Source: Lingula anatina (taxonomy: Eukaryota; Animalia; Brachiopoda). From it: a stretch of DNA of 64,000 nt. Under the pieces are notes generated by a model. The model saw nothing but the letters and a program-made list of their open reading frames with translations, did not search any database and had not been told where the DNA came from. Where the stretch lies: assembly GCA_051362555.1 (NCBI GenBank), contig CM120641.1:17484001-17548000 (forward strand). Direction: 5' to 3'. A program made the position numbers and the translations under genes. Positions 13,201 to 26,960 of this stretch are shown piece by piece; position 1 is the stretch's first letter, and each line of letters starts with the position of its first letter.

Positions 13201-13892
13201 CATTAGTGCTGTGATTGATATGAAGATACTTTCCTTAGAATAAATCACTTACATTAAATATTCCCATGTAGTCAGGGCGGACAGATTTTGATCCCATCGT
13301 GAGGGTTTCATTTCCCGTATGACGTAAAACAAGTAAGGCTAAGTTTGTGAATTGTTTTTTTTTTTTTTTTTTTTTTTTTTTTTGGCAAATATTCACATAA
13401 TAAGTCAGTTGTGCATTGTGTCCAACCAACTACCTTTCTAAAATGATGGTGCCGTGTGACTAACCTATGAACGCTTATTTCCACTTATAAAAAAGTCGAT
13501 TTTGTGCATGTATCTTTTAACAGTACATTCTAAAACCAGTGATATATAGATTTTTATAAGCCACAATCATTTTAAATGAAAATGCTATAGTCTCAACAAG
13601 ATGACATCAAGCACTTGTTTTATTAATCACTTACGGTAAAACGAAACTGTTCAGGGTTTAGATCTTTGCTGCAGGATGGCCCTGCTGTGAATGACTACAT
13701 AAATATCTTTGCACTAGAACAAGTATTTAAGGAGTTATCTTAAAACAACCGATTCTTCTGGGAGGTGCTACCCTGCAAATAAAGTTAATCTAACCAAAAC
13801 CTAAGTCGCGCTCATTTCTTTGAGTAAAGCTTTCAGCAATAAACAGACATGCCATGTAATTGGTAATTACCATGAAACTTACATGTGAATCT

Positions 13893-13898
<6 letters not shown>

Positions 13899-13929
<31 letters not shown>

Positions 13930-13956
13930 ACACACACACACACACACACACACACA
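13899..13956. repeat. Compound (CT)n(CA)n microsatellite
   Basis: Read directly from the sequence. Confidence 0.95.
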
Positions 13957-16608
13957 TGCACATCCTATGAAGCAATACATGTAATACAAGTATTCACATC
14001 AACATCCATTTCACTTTTTCATGTGTGTTGTTTTTCTTGTCTCTTCACATTCTCTGCACTTGCATACGCTTATAATCTGGTTTTGGTACCCTCTTTTTAT
14101 ATTGTATTGTAATTATTCAATGACATTATTTTTTTATTTTTCCACATTTTTCCATATCTATCTCTGGGATTTTTTTTTTTCATATTTTGATGTGGTTTGC
14201 GCTCATTGATCTTTAAATTGCAAATGTTCCCATGCATACTTCTCTGCAACCAATACTTTATCCGTCGTCAATTTTTACTAAAGTCTTAAATCTGCAAATG
14301 AAAGCGATTTTAGTGCGTTTAAGTGATGTTTTCAACGGATTTCGAGAGGCACCAGGACCTGGCCTCCAGACACATTTTTGCACATAAGACGTTATTTCTA
14401 GAGTGCGCTACTGAATTGTTTACAATCTTTTACTGATGTTGTTCTCTCATATAATTGTCTATCTTCTCTTATTTCACCTCTCTCATATCTTTTGCATTTT
14501 ATATTACCATTCCAGAAATCTTTGTGCAAATTCTTATTATTAATTCTACGAGGTGAAACTGCCACAAAATGCAAATGGTCTGAGCCGGTAATATTTCTAT
14601 TCACAAGTCATTCTCTAAGAAGTATACCTTAACGTTCAAATATATGTTTCAGTCTTCCTACATTTGAAATATGAGATTGTGCAATCTGTTTTGTCTTTTC
14701 CCAAACATCTCTACTTACAATGACACTGGAGTTCCCCATGTAGATGAAATTAATCGTAACTGTTGTTGTCGTTCCGGCTACTCCTCGCAACAAACACTCT
14801 TTCCTGTTAACAAACAGCACTTTGTGAAAGCACTTCTTAATACAAAAGTCCCCATGTGCCCTTTGCACAATAAATCAATAAAACGAATCGCAAAAGACAC
14901 CATGCACTACCAAATTCAATCTGTCCTCGTTCTATGGGAGACGCTAAAGTAATCGCTTAGACAGCTTTGGTGCCACTGTGGACGCTCTTTCTCTCTCGTG
15001 ATGTTAGAAAAGCCTTGCCGGCCGTGTTAACCGGACTTAAATGACCGTCGCATGCAGTGCTCCGTCTGGATCCAGGAAATGAAGCATTACTCGCATGAAG
15101 TTGAGTTCTACGGCCTTCAATGAAATTTACGTGAAGGTAGCGAATAGAATCATCACCATTTGTTTTCCGTGTAGCACGCGTCACACATTTGGTTATAAAT
15201 AACATCTAATGGAAATGGTTTGTTCTTACCGTCGACCAAGACATGACGAAAATTTGCCCAATCAATAAGATATATCTTCAGCTAATTTGTGAAGTCACCA
15301 ATGGCTATTATTCTTATTGCTAAGGCCAGCGTCATTACTTTTCGCACGTGTCCTATTGGAACGTAATGCAAGTCAACTATGCGTCTTTAATTTTTCCAGC
15401 CTTCTCCCGAAAAACCTATCAGTAATTGCTCATTACTTAAACCAGCTGTCATCAGTCACGATACACGTATTTGCGAATAAAGTTTAACACACTAGTTAAT
15501 GCTACGTCAATTTTATTACTCGAGCTAATGTTATCTACAGAGTGCCTTCTACACAGCAGAGCACTCAGCGGCACTTACGCCATGTATCCTTGCAGTTAGT
15601 TTAAGTAAGACCGATGTGTATTTCGCATGCCATGGAAAATTTTCGCTGGAGAAGATCATGCAAGCACTTGAGCGATTATAGATGATGGGTCAACTGCAAC
15701 TTAAACAAGCTTGGATACGTTATGTCATGAATGCAATTATCGACAACCTACTTGTCCTTGTTTGTCTTCAAGACAATGTATGGCCAATATTAAAGCATAT
15801 CTGTTTCAGCACACCTGTTTTATGCATTAAGGTGTGGATAATCAAAACACATTTCGAATATGACAAACACCACAGTATTCTAATAAATATCACCCCCATG
15901 TTAAAAGAAACGCTCTTACACATACTGCATATCTCATGTTTTCTTATAGATGCACTAACGTTGCCTTAAGTTTAAAAATATCAGTACCGCAAGTCTACCG
16001 TAGTAAAATTGGAATATACATTTCCTGACATTGTCCTGGCAAGGGCAATCTGTCATTTGAGGCTTGTTCCCTCTAACATTGTCCATGAAAGCTAAGTATG
16101 ATAAAAATCTAGATGATTTATGAGTAAGCATTATAAGTATCATTTATTAATAGCTCCATTTGAAGAGTCATAAAGATGCATACAGGAAGAGTTGAAGTGA
16201 GCCTCGGCTGAAAATTTATTATGTAGGGTGATGTATTAATTTCCATTCTAACGCCATTAAGCAAGCAGTATGAAGATGTATTAGTGTGACATGTATATCT
16301 TTGCTAACAATGACAGATACAGAATGCTGTATACATTAAACACTAAAGTGCACTGTAATTTGAAATGAACGCATTGCAAAACCGAACAAATAGCCCATAA
16401 AGACTTTCGTAATAAAAATAAAGTATTTTTTCTGAGTCACCTTGTTTTAAACTATATATATTTAACAAATGATAAATAGAATACACCGTTAAAATAATTT
16501 TAAAAAATGCCTGTTACGTAAAAATGTAATGCAATAAAGTTCTCATTAGGGCTAGCTTTTTTACCATAGGTTATGTCTGTTTTAACAAAAGACAACAACT
16601 CCCAACCT

Positions 16609-16609
<1 letters not shown>

Positions 16610-16687
<78 letters not shown>
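16610..16687. repeat. Compound (CT)n(AT)n microsatellite
   Basis: Read directly from the sequence. Confidence 0.95.
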
Positions 16688-16689
<2 letters not shown>

Positions 16690-16983
16690 TATGACACAAG
16701 AGTCATAAAGATGCATACAGGAAGAGGATGCATTCACTACACAAAGCTGGATAGCAAAGCATGACTGGGCCACCTGAAACTGATCTTTGATCCGACTGTG
16801 CATGTTTGTAATGATGCTTCATTACTCCGGCTATGGCGGCGCTATACGTTTTAAAATACTGTAGAACCTATGTGTTAACGTATAGAGGAACTGCTTATTT
16901 CAAGTCAAATATTCTACACATTGAAACTCCTGTACGCTACTGATCCATTGAAGATACAGTTGGCCAACACAGCAGAATAATAC

Positions 16984-17065
16984 CAGGCCCGTGGCCAGCA
17001 ATTTCAAGAGGGAAGCTCTTTTTCATGTACCTAGATAAAATTTTACTGAGAGGGGACCTTTTCCC
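16984..17065 (+). mobile_element. Truncated, diverged copy of the MITE at 53204-53371
   Basis: CAGGCCCGTGGCCAGCAATTTCA...TTTCATGTACCT...GGACCTTTTCCC aligns by eye with the left TIR and internal sequence of the 53204 element. The right TIR is missing. Confidence 0.75.
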
Positions 17066-18450
17066 AGAACCACACCGGATCTGAATGCATATCTGAAAGT
17101 TCTTGCTCGTTTTTCGGAACTTTCAGAGAAAGCCTTCAACGGGCCAACTGCCGACATAAGCCCAGTTTGCATGTAGGGTACATGTAGATTTGAAAGAGGA
17201 AAACAATTTAACAGACATTTCTCTAGGCTCCAAAGGCAAATTATGTGCATTGAAATACCCATAAATCGACATCGGTGCTATATATAAATGATTCGATTGA
17301 TTTTAACATCTTTTTCTGTAGGGTTTCATGGTTGACATATGAGAGCACTTTACTTGCATAACTTTCTTACTCATGAGGGGAAAAAGGACCTGTGGTAATG
17401 CTGCGTCTTCATGCATTTGATTTGATAGCCAAACGCGTTTCATAAAATTGATGGGATTCTGTCTTTCAAAGTTTGAGTTGCAATGAGATATACATTTACC
17501 TTCTCTGGAATGAATAATGACTTGTTGATCCCAACGTCCAACAGTGGTTAATAGACGATTACGTGAAAAGAAAAGCTGTTGTGCAAAGCTGATTTTATAT
17601 AACACGACCATGGGGGGAGACTTGGTAATTGTTCAAATGAAAATATATTAAATGAACAATTCGCTCTGCGTCCAGTTTAATTAATAGTACTATGGTATTG
17701 ATGCCACTTCAAGGTGTCTTGTGCAATCGATATTGCACTGACCAGTCGATCGATAAATCGGCGTTCGCCATATCAAGACCGCATCAGCTTCATTGACCTT
17801 TTGTATAATTAATTTCCTTACATACCGCACCATAGGTGACCTAAAGGTTTAGATGGTCGGTCGTGCTGTCCACTATTATGGGTTAGAAATCCACCCTGAT
17901 CGGTGTCTCAAGCTAATGAATGTCAAACTTACGGTGGGATCCCAGCGACTCCAGACCTCAGTTAGATCTAAATGGGAAACAGAAGATAGCCCATTGAATT
18001 CTTCCTTAACTGCTTGTCATCTGGCAAACCCAGGAGATGAAACAGATCAAATTTATGCAAAACCTACATTTTAGTCGAAAACTCCATTTCTTATGTTGGT
18101 GCGTTGGAAATTCTATCAATCTTCTTCTTTGGAGAGGGTGACTGGGTGGCGTTTTATTGAGTTAGACGCGATCAATGTGTATCCAACCTTCAGTAAACGC
18201 AATTATTTAGGCTTTGTATTACTGAAAAACGCCCGGTAGAGACAGGAAGGTTGGTAATCAGGATCTCGTTACTATCTTCTGTTGTTCAGCAAAATTGAAG
18301 CCTATGAGAATAAGATCATATCTGGGTTGGCCAAGACTGTATTACAAATACACACGACATGTTGGTCCCTACTTTACTAGGTTACCATGTTATTAATGCT
18401 GGGCACATTTATGCAGAGAGGCACCTCATGTTTTTAAAAAAAATGATTAT
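17066..18450 (+). pseudogene. Highly decayed non-LTR retrotransposon reverse-transcriptase remnant
   Basis: Collinear RT-like motifs occur across frameshifts and stops: TGSECIS (cf. PGPDGI), KG..YP*IDIGAIYK*F (cf. NYRPI..YKLF), GF..EH..KKDL, FD..NAFHKID (cf. LD..KAFD), VDPNVQQWLIDDY and YGLEIHPDRC (cf. GL.IN..KC). No intact YADD. Confidence 0.55.
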
Positions 18451-21400
18451 TCCGCTGGCAGTCTCTTTATAATTCTTTTAATTAAATTGGATATTTGATT
18501 CCTACGGTCAACGTCAAAAACGTAAATCACCAAACCTGCATCTTGCGCGACTTGGTTCAGAGCGGGACGGCCACTTGGTGACCATGAGACTGGAGAAAGT
18601 GAGCGGTGGGGATGGAATCCATAACCAGAGGAGGGTGAGAACATAAACGAATATCGCAAGGGCGTATGTTGAAACCTAGTTGTTCGATATTTTCTAGACC
18701 TATCATATAGGCTATGGTTATAGTCGCTTAAACTATTATATCAGTATCAATATAATTTCCTACCGAGTCGAAACGATAGCAGAAAAACACCGTTTTGTGC
18801 AAAAAAGGAATTTTGGCATTCGTGCATTTTGCATTTGTGCGTTTTGCCCTTTAAAGTGGAATTGTGAGCCAAGCTCCTTTCATCTTTAATGATTTGATTT
18901 CCCAACAAGAAACCACAATACCGACTAAATATTCCTTATCATCAAATCTCACTACAGCATCTACAATTGAATGTGAACAAGAACCCTGTGAAGCTGGTCA
19001 TTACATTTGCAAGAACTAGAAACCATGCAATGCCGTTGCATGCACTGACGGGTATTTCCGAACGAGAAATTGCACTTCAAAAGCTCATTGATGTTGTTAG
19101 ATCAGGCATTAGAAATGTGGGGATTTACTGAGGAAAACTGAAAAAAATTTAAAAGGAGGACGATTTGTTAAAATGGACTGCTTATGACCATAGCCCGCTT
19201 TTACATGTGAGCAGATGGTTATTTTTATAACGTGAATTCTTTGTTTTACAGACGAAATTCCTGGACAATAAAAATGTTGTTGGGAATATTTTACATTCTA
19301 CCGCCACGCTTTAAATTTGGAATCCTTATATTATATCTAGACCCCAAGATGAAGATTCTTGTCGACACTAAATTTACACTTTTCTGAATATTTATGAAAA
19401 CAAAAATGAAGGTCCCTTTCCAATGTCATAAAGTGTTTCTTTTCATTAACAACATGTGTAATTAAGAGGCGTAAAGCACATGTTTAAGCTTCAGAACGGA
19501 CATATGAATAAATAATTTCAGGTTTAAAGAATCCAGTATAAACAGTTGAAGAAACAATGTACCACAGATTCGATTAGTTGACTTATTTTGACAAACGCGT
19601 GCAATAGAAAACCTCAGGGCTAACTAAAGGTAATAAAAACTTTCAAATAAAGAGGTACTGTATATGCTGATGGCATAAACCGATGATACCCCCCCCCCCA
19701 ACACACACATACACACATCATCGATATCAAACGCCAATTGACTTTTTTATCTGAAACATTTAAAAGCAGGGAAACAAACAGCCCCATAATTTATCCCATC
19801 AACTGCAAGGAAATAAGGTTTGGGTAACGTTGATTCTACCGAAATGTCTTCTTTATTTTTTGAAACATGACAACTATGTATTTTACGTTAAGCGAACCTT
19901 TCCAATTAATGTCCCCTTGGGGTTAAACGGTAAAACAAATAAGGTTTATATTCCCCCAAAGTCTCATCAGACCGTGCTGTTTGTCGATAACGCAATGGAG
20001 GACGTTGTAAAAAACAATCTTCACAGACCATTGAGCTTATGACTAAAGGGGTTTCACAAGGGTACACATGCTAACTGCTGGAAGACTGCACACAGGGAAA
20101 TGACGGCTTCCCTCTATATTCAATAAGCAAAATTCAAACCTGAAGAAAACATTGGGCTCCCCCTGCATGTCCATTACACAGAATAATCATCTTATCAAAC
20201 AGGGATGACAAATGACAATTATATAGATCTACATGTAGCTTACGCACGTAGCTTACGTGTAGATGTTACAGTGGAAATTATAACAATAATAATGAGGCCT
20301 GATCGTAAATCCGCTTAGACTGGGAGATAAAAACAGCGGCTAGTGCTATATTTTTCAACTTATTTTTCCCTTTTTTAAATTGTGATGGAAAATATGCTTT
20401 CTGTAATTGCATTTCGATGGTGTTATGTACAAAATGAAAATAAATGTCAGTTTTTGAACTTTCAGACTTACAGTAAGTCAGTTGGATATCTTGAAGATTT
20501 GAATTTCAGTCTCATCTACGTGAAATCCCAATTGCAATCTCGTCCTGGTAGATTACAGACCTGTTTGGATGTTTACCTCGACTGCCACGGTGTCAAAATT
20601 TTGACAAAGCGTCGTTGGCAACGCCAAAAGCATTTCTAAGAGTTAACTTTGAAGTCTGTTCATTCCAGCCAAGCGAGAGGTGTGAGACAAATGCAAAACG
20701 TACATAGAACTCTTGCCTTCGCTTGCACGCTATTTGCCCACCTGTTTCCGTGTGAACAAAAGAGGCTTAAGCCGCATTAGCCCACGTAAAGCTATATCTA
20801 TACACTGATTAAGTCAATTTCTCGGAACTGATTAGTTTTAATCAAACATTTAAGCAGCATTTTTTACAAAATGTTCTTATCTTTACCTCATGCAGTCTAT
20901 ATAGATTGTGTTGTTCTCTTGGTATACAGTGGCCTAACGAACTTGCAGCTTTGTTATTGGTTTGGGTTCAATGTGAATGTAATTAAGCCTAAATGATCAT
21001 AAGTATTGAATTAAAAAATCTTATCATGTACTTGCAATTTTCAAAAAGTCCAGTTAAAGCCATAACAACTTTAAAAAAACAGCAATTGATCCACAAAAAG
21101 GATTACAACCCCACGGGTAAAACAAAACAAAGAGAAGGCATCACATAATTGAGGGCGGACTGATTACATTATCATTAAGGGTCAGGCCTCAACTTCACTT
21201 AACTATTCCGGCCCACCCTCCACGTATAGTTTAATCTAATAAAACACACAGAGAATAATGAAGGAGATCCATAGGTCGATTAAATCCCCGTCTCATGTCT
21301 TTTCATCCGATATGAACATCAGATAACAAAAGAAAGCATTGCAGGAACCATGGTGTTTGGTATCCGTAAGGCGGACTTCTGCGTAACCTACTCTGGCTCC

Positions 21401-22035
21401 AGTCTATTAGTAATCCCCATGTGGGGCCACTTGCAGGTTATCTAGGTTTATTTTTGTATTAAGTCAGTTGAAACCTTTGCATTTGAATTTACTTGAAGTA
21501 GTCATTCTACTTTCTTTTCTTCTTTTGATAGACGACAATGCGGAAATGAACCTTTTCTAGTACAAGATGTCCAACAAAACGTGTTGTAACGCAGTTGCAC
21601 TGATGTTATAGAAACTTGAGATTTCATAATAATAACACTGGAACAAAAACTGTATTTTGTTTTTATGTTTTCGAAATCTTGAGTGCTAAAAAATCGTCCG
21701 GGGGATTAGGTTATCCAATGCCTATTTCTTTATACGAAACACATTATACAGTGTATCGTATGCATTTTGAATACATTTGCTCCTATAATTAAGACGGAGG
21801 TGGTTCAAATCAAATCTTCTGTGAAAGCATAGATGCCAATCTAATTTATTAAATAAACTTTATTCAATCTAGTGGACCTCAGAAGGCAATTGTATGGGAC
21901 AATTTGGCTTATCATATGAACTTTTATGCTTCAATCTCCCTACAATACCCCACTGGTCAAAGAGGTTGTCCCACCTCCAATACCATGTGCTTTTATTTAC
22001 AAATGATCACTCCACAGGTGCAAATTGTTATAAAC

Positions 22036-22072
<37 letters not shown>

Positions 22073-25000
22073 CCCAGACAACATATACACAAGATTAATT
22101 GTACAAAGAATACATAATAGTGATAGAGATATCCATGTTTTATACCATTTATTCATATTTAGTTTACCCCCTCAAATCCAATGTTTCACTGTGATTTCGA
22201 CAGAAAAAAATGTCCATTAAATTGAAAAGACACCCCCAAATGTCACCAAATTTACACACAATATTAACCCGTGCTTGTTAAAGGTCACTTGTCTTATAGC
22301 GCGTGTCTACCGCGTACTGCAATTATCTCCTGTAGGCGGCGCGGCCTGCCTTAAACAAGGGTTATAATTCTGTTGTGTGGGATATTGGTCCACACTTTGG
22401 TCCAGATTATTAGGAAGTTGTTTCTCCTCTGCATTGCACTCTCCAATTCCTGCCGCGGGCGGTCTGTAGGGTTAATATCACAGATAGCAGAGGTCATTTG
22501 TAAATAAAAACATTCGCAGTTGGAGGTGGGGCAATCTTTTTGACCATCGGTGTATATGTTGAGGTTCTGTTTTATTTATTTTCAGATGGCCTATTCTACC
22601 TTACCGTTCATTGAATCAGGCCTTTTAAGAAAAGAATAAATGGAAGCTGAAGAAGAGAAAGAGAGAGAAGAATCGAAAGAACGTGAGGAAAAAGAAGAAA
22701 AAGAACAGAACAACATTGCAAAGCAAAATTGAAAACAAAAGCTCAGGTCTGGAATAGCATCACCGTCATTTCGTTTTTACGAAAGTTTAGAAACCAACAG
22801 GTATGGAAAACTCATCCATACAATTGAAGCACTGGATCGACGTTTTGTCACCTTTCTTGTTTGATTGGCATCAGCGGGAATACAGATTATATGTCACACA
22901 CAGTTACAGAAACATGCTCATTAGAAATGATTTGGCATTGGGCCTAATAACATTATCTGTAATGACAGAGCGGACACACCTTTCTTACGAGATTATCAAG
23001 TATTAACAGCTACAGGTAGTTTCTTTTTCAGTCAAACTGTGCACGCACATTAGAAAACGTTTAGTGATGACATTCATGTCTGGCAAGGGGTTCCAGTAAA
23101 GAAAGAAAGAAAAAAAGAAAGAAAGAAAGAAAGATTTATTTAAAACTGGTAAAGGCTTTGTAATACAGCACGCTTATTTTCGCCGAAGATTTTTTATTCT
23201 ATTTCATCTCAGATAACCATTTCCCAACTGTTGTGTACTTCTTCGAGCATTTCCATGAAACTTGGAAAACGGACAGAATGTTTAAACCGTGCTTCAGATA
23301 GAAAAACAGAAAAAAGTGTCTCTGCACATTCTCAATGCATTAGAATCGATAGGATGAAGAATTCCGGATATCCGCACGTTAATGTTAATGATTAGATATT
23401 ATACCTTGCCGCCGGTAACATGCAGGTGATTAGTTGCTAATGACGTGGAATAGAAGCAGTTCTTGGGTTAATCAATTGCTTTTAACTAACCACGGTATCA
23501 AAACTTCGGCTTATCACTGCAGGTGCCAGAGCGGCGTTTTAGTGGTAGGCACATTTAAGCCGTTTGGCATGGCAGACGATATTAAATTCTGGTGTTTTTT
23601 TTAATATTGTGACGAAAAAACTTCACAAATAAAAAGAAAGTGAAACCAAAACAATCTATGTAAAGTTTATCTAAGATCATCACTCCCTTACCGTTGTCTG
23701 TGAAAGCTGTTCTTCTATCGTCTTCATTCACTTTCTAATCACGCAGTATCAATATCAAATATTGCTAGTACCTGAAACCATATAAGACACATACATAAAT
23801 CCACAAATAAAGGATCTTCGTAAAATAATTCTGACATTCTGCCCGATTTATAAACATGTAAAAGTAATCAGAAAGAACGCAAAATATTCATTACGACCAC
23901 CACGTGGGACTACTTTAAGTTGTACATGTCACATTAAAAAATCATTACGATTGCAAAGTTTAGGGTAGTCGTTAACGTTTGGTTATTAAAACGTTTGTGT
24001 TTGTTCATTTTTGGTTGAATTCCATGGTGGAATTTAGCTTGACCCACATGGACTTTACAACAGAAAAAAAACGCACTAAAATATCGCCACACAAGTAATA
24101 TTTTGAAGCACAGGTGAAAGTGCCCTTGACCTTCCCGTCCTGGACACACAATATTTGAGGAACAAGATAGAGCCGTAATATACGTCCAGTGTAACGCTTT
24201 CAGTCGTTGATTCTGCCCTATTACTTAAATACCGCCATGCTTTACAAAGAAACGGGATATTCGCTTAATGAACGAGTTGGAAGGATTAACCGAGCTTGCC
24301 ATGCTGGAACGCATGGTTTATTGCGAAAATGGCGTAAAGACTAACGTTAAAATTTGCCAACACTGCGTCAATGATGTCAGCGGATTTCCTGACTACGCAA
24401 TTATTGATGTCCACTTCCTATATCAGTAATAGTAACAGGGACAAGTCTCTTACAAAAAAATATGTCTACAAATTAGAAAAAAAGTAGTGGTGAAATACAA
24501 CCTTGCATTATTTACTGAGATACTTTGTAATTGTTCAAACTTATATTGTCACGAGTTGTTGAAACAGAAATAAATACTAGATACTAAATACTAGTGCTCG
24601 GCGTGCTAAAAATTTATTTCGATCGTGAAACTAACTCTGCAGATGCGTGAAACATGTATTATACCTTCAGCAATTTCAGAATTGTCGAGGCGCTTAGATG
24701 TTCAGATAGGCATATAAAATGCTTCTTCCGAGCTTATTCTGCGCCATTAATTCATAGAAACACATTTCGCCAAAATGATGATAATGAACTGTGGGCAAAT
24801 ATCTATCACATAAAATTTGTCTTTTGACCAACCACAGAAATATATATGTTAAGCTAATTTGCACTTTTCATGTTGTCTCCTTTCTTCTATATAGATGTCA
24901 GCGTTGTAATCTCCAGTAGAATCTTATTTGTCACGACAAGAGATTGTCAATATTATTAGCACGGTGGTTTACACGTAGAAAGATTGATTTTATCAAATCA

Positions 25001-25473
25001 TTTTTGCCTCAATAGCATACGCCCAATCATATCATCTATTCAAACGCACGCATCATGTCTCTAAATAGAAATCGTGAAATTAGATATCAACGTCATTGAA
25101 ACTTCAGTGGTTCGCTATACCGTTAGGTCATACTAAGTTACAAACTCATCATTGATTTATCTTCTTTTCCAATACAAAATGGCGAATTAAGCTTCCACCC
25201 TTTTCAAAAAGGAGAGAAAAGCACACACTGGGAAGAGTGACCATAACTTTCCAAAACTAATAATTTTTGGCAAAAAAAAAACATATTCTTATAGTTTTAG
25301 TTGTTGGACTCCGATTTCCTGAAAATGTCCCTATTTTCAACTCAGTTTTTTTCTCTTTCTAATCTTATGATACAGGATGCATTTTATACTTAGTGACATT
25401 GTAAACTACCGAATTTTCCCCTGCGATATCATAATAGATTAATTTCGGGCGATCTGGTGCTGATTTCAAGGTG

Positions 25474-25519
25474 CTCTCTCTCTCTCTCTCTCTCTCTCAG
25501 TGTACATGCATGTGGTCAA

Positions 25520-25555
<36 letters not shown>
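25474..25555. repeat. Adjacent (CT)n and (TG)n microsatellites
   Basis: Read directly from the sequence. Confidence 0.9.
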
Positions 25556-25562
<7 letters not shown>

Positions 25563-26919
25563 AACGTACCTTGGTGTACAACATGAACGCACCAATTGTT
25601 GTTCCTGCTTAGTCTTCTGTGCGTAAAACGGTAAGTGAGCCATAATAACTGGACACTCGGTTTTTCGATTTGATTTTAAGGTACATGTTATCACAGCGTA
25701 TCTGTGAATGCTAAGTCTAAATAATGGAAAGATCGTGCACACTTAACCTGCCATCTCATCCTGTCTGATACTCTTTTAACGATTTGATTTATTATCAGTT
25801 ATTTCTATTTAACATGTGCTTTAAAAGGCGTAGCATTTGCTTCCATCTGTAACCTTTAGCAAAATCTCTTTCGTGGCTCGTAAAATGTTATTCTCGACAG
25901 TATGGTGATTGAGATGACTTCTTTGATCGTTTCGACCCGTCAGTATTACTGCAAATCAGGCAATTATAATGATGCAATCGATTAACTAGGAGGAAACTTA
26001 CCGTGATTTTGGAGTCATTTCCTAGTAACGGTTTCATCGTTGGTTCTGGATTGCAAAAGGCTCGTTCACGCTAGATAATATATATTACTAATAATCCAGA
26101 AGGAAACACAGACAGAGAACGCACTTAACAACAATCAGTTTGCTGTGAATAACGATCCCTCTGCGCTTGAAGGCAAATTTAACTATCCGTAAATGATATG
26201 AAGGTCATTTGTGGTCGCATAAAGTTTACACGCCCAAGATGAACGATGTAAGTAAAACATTTTCATCTTTTGCATCTACACGTAGAAAGATAAAGGGGCA
26301 TGGGCCGCCTCGGTTCCCAGCGCGCTCGGATTCCGCACTAGATCGTAATTCACGAGGAAGGATACTCAATTCATGTTCTAGAAGGAAAAAAAAAAGAATA
26401 AGGTGGGAGAAGCCCAGTTGATTGCGCATGTGTGGGTTACTGACAGTTAACACCACTCTTCGAAAAGAACCGCTAATATTGCTGGAGCTGTGTTACAACC
26501 AGTACTCGACTGATATTTCCCTAATGAATGGGAAGTTCTCTTAGAAGTAAACATTTCTCCTAATAAACCCACAATTGCATGGGTAGAAATAATTTATATC
26601 GACGTTTTGTTGAACTGATGTCCAAACACGTTATATGTCAAGTGATTCTTGGAGTCAGGTGGTAACGTAGCTTAGACGGATATATACTATACTGTGTACT
26701 TTAAAAAGTATACGCCCAGTTGTTTAACAGAAATGCGTTTTTTTGTATCTTTGTAACATTGAGCTGCACTGACAATGGCAAGCACTTGTATCAAATTGAA
26801 ACTTATCTTCATTATAAGCTTCAAATATCTAATCGCGTGAACTGGTCTACTCTAGTACAGTCCATACTTACTTACATTGTAGAACTGATGGTTAAAACTT
26901 AAATGTACAAGAAAGAATT

Positions 26920-26922
<3 letters not shown>

Positions 26923-26959
<37 letters not shown>
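26923..26959. repeat. (AG)n microsatellite
   Basis: Read directly from the sequence. Confidence 0.95.
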
Positions 26960-26960
<1 letters not shown>

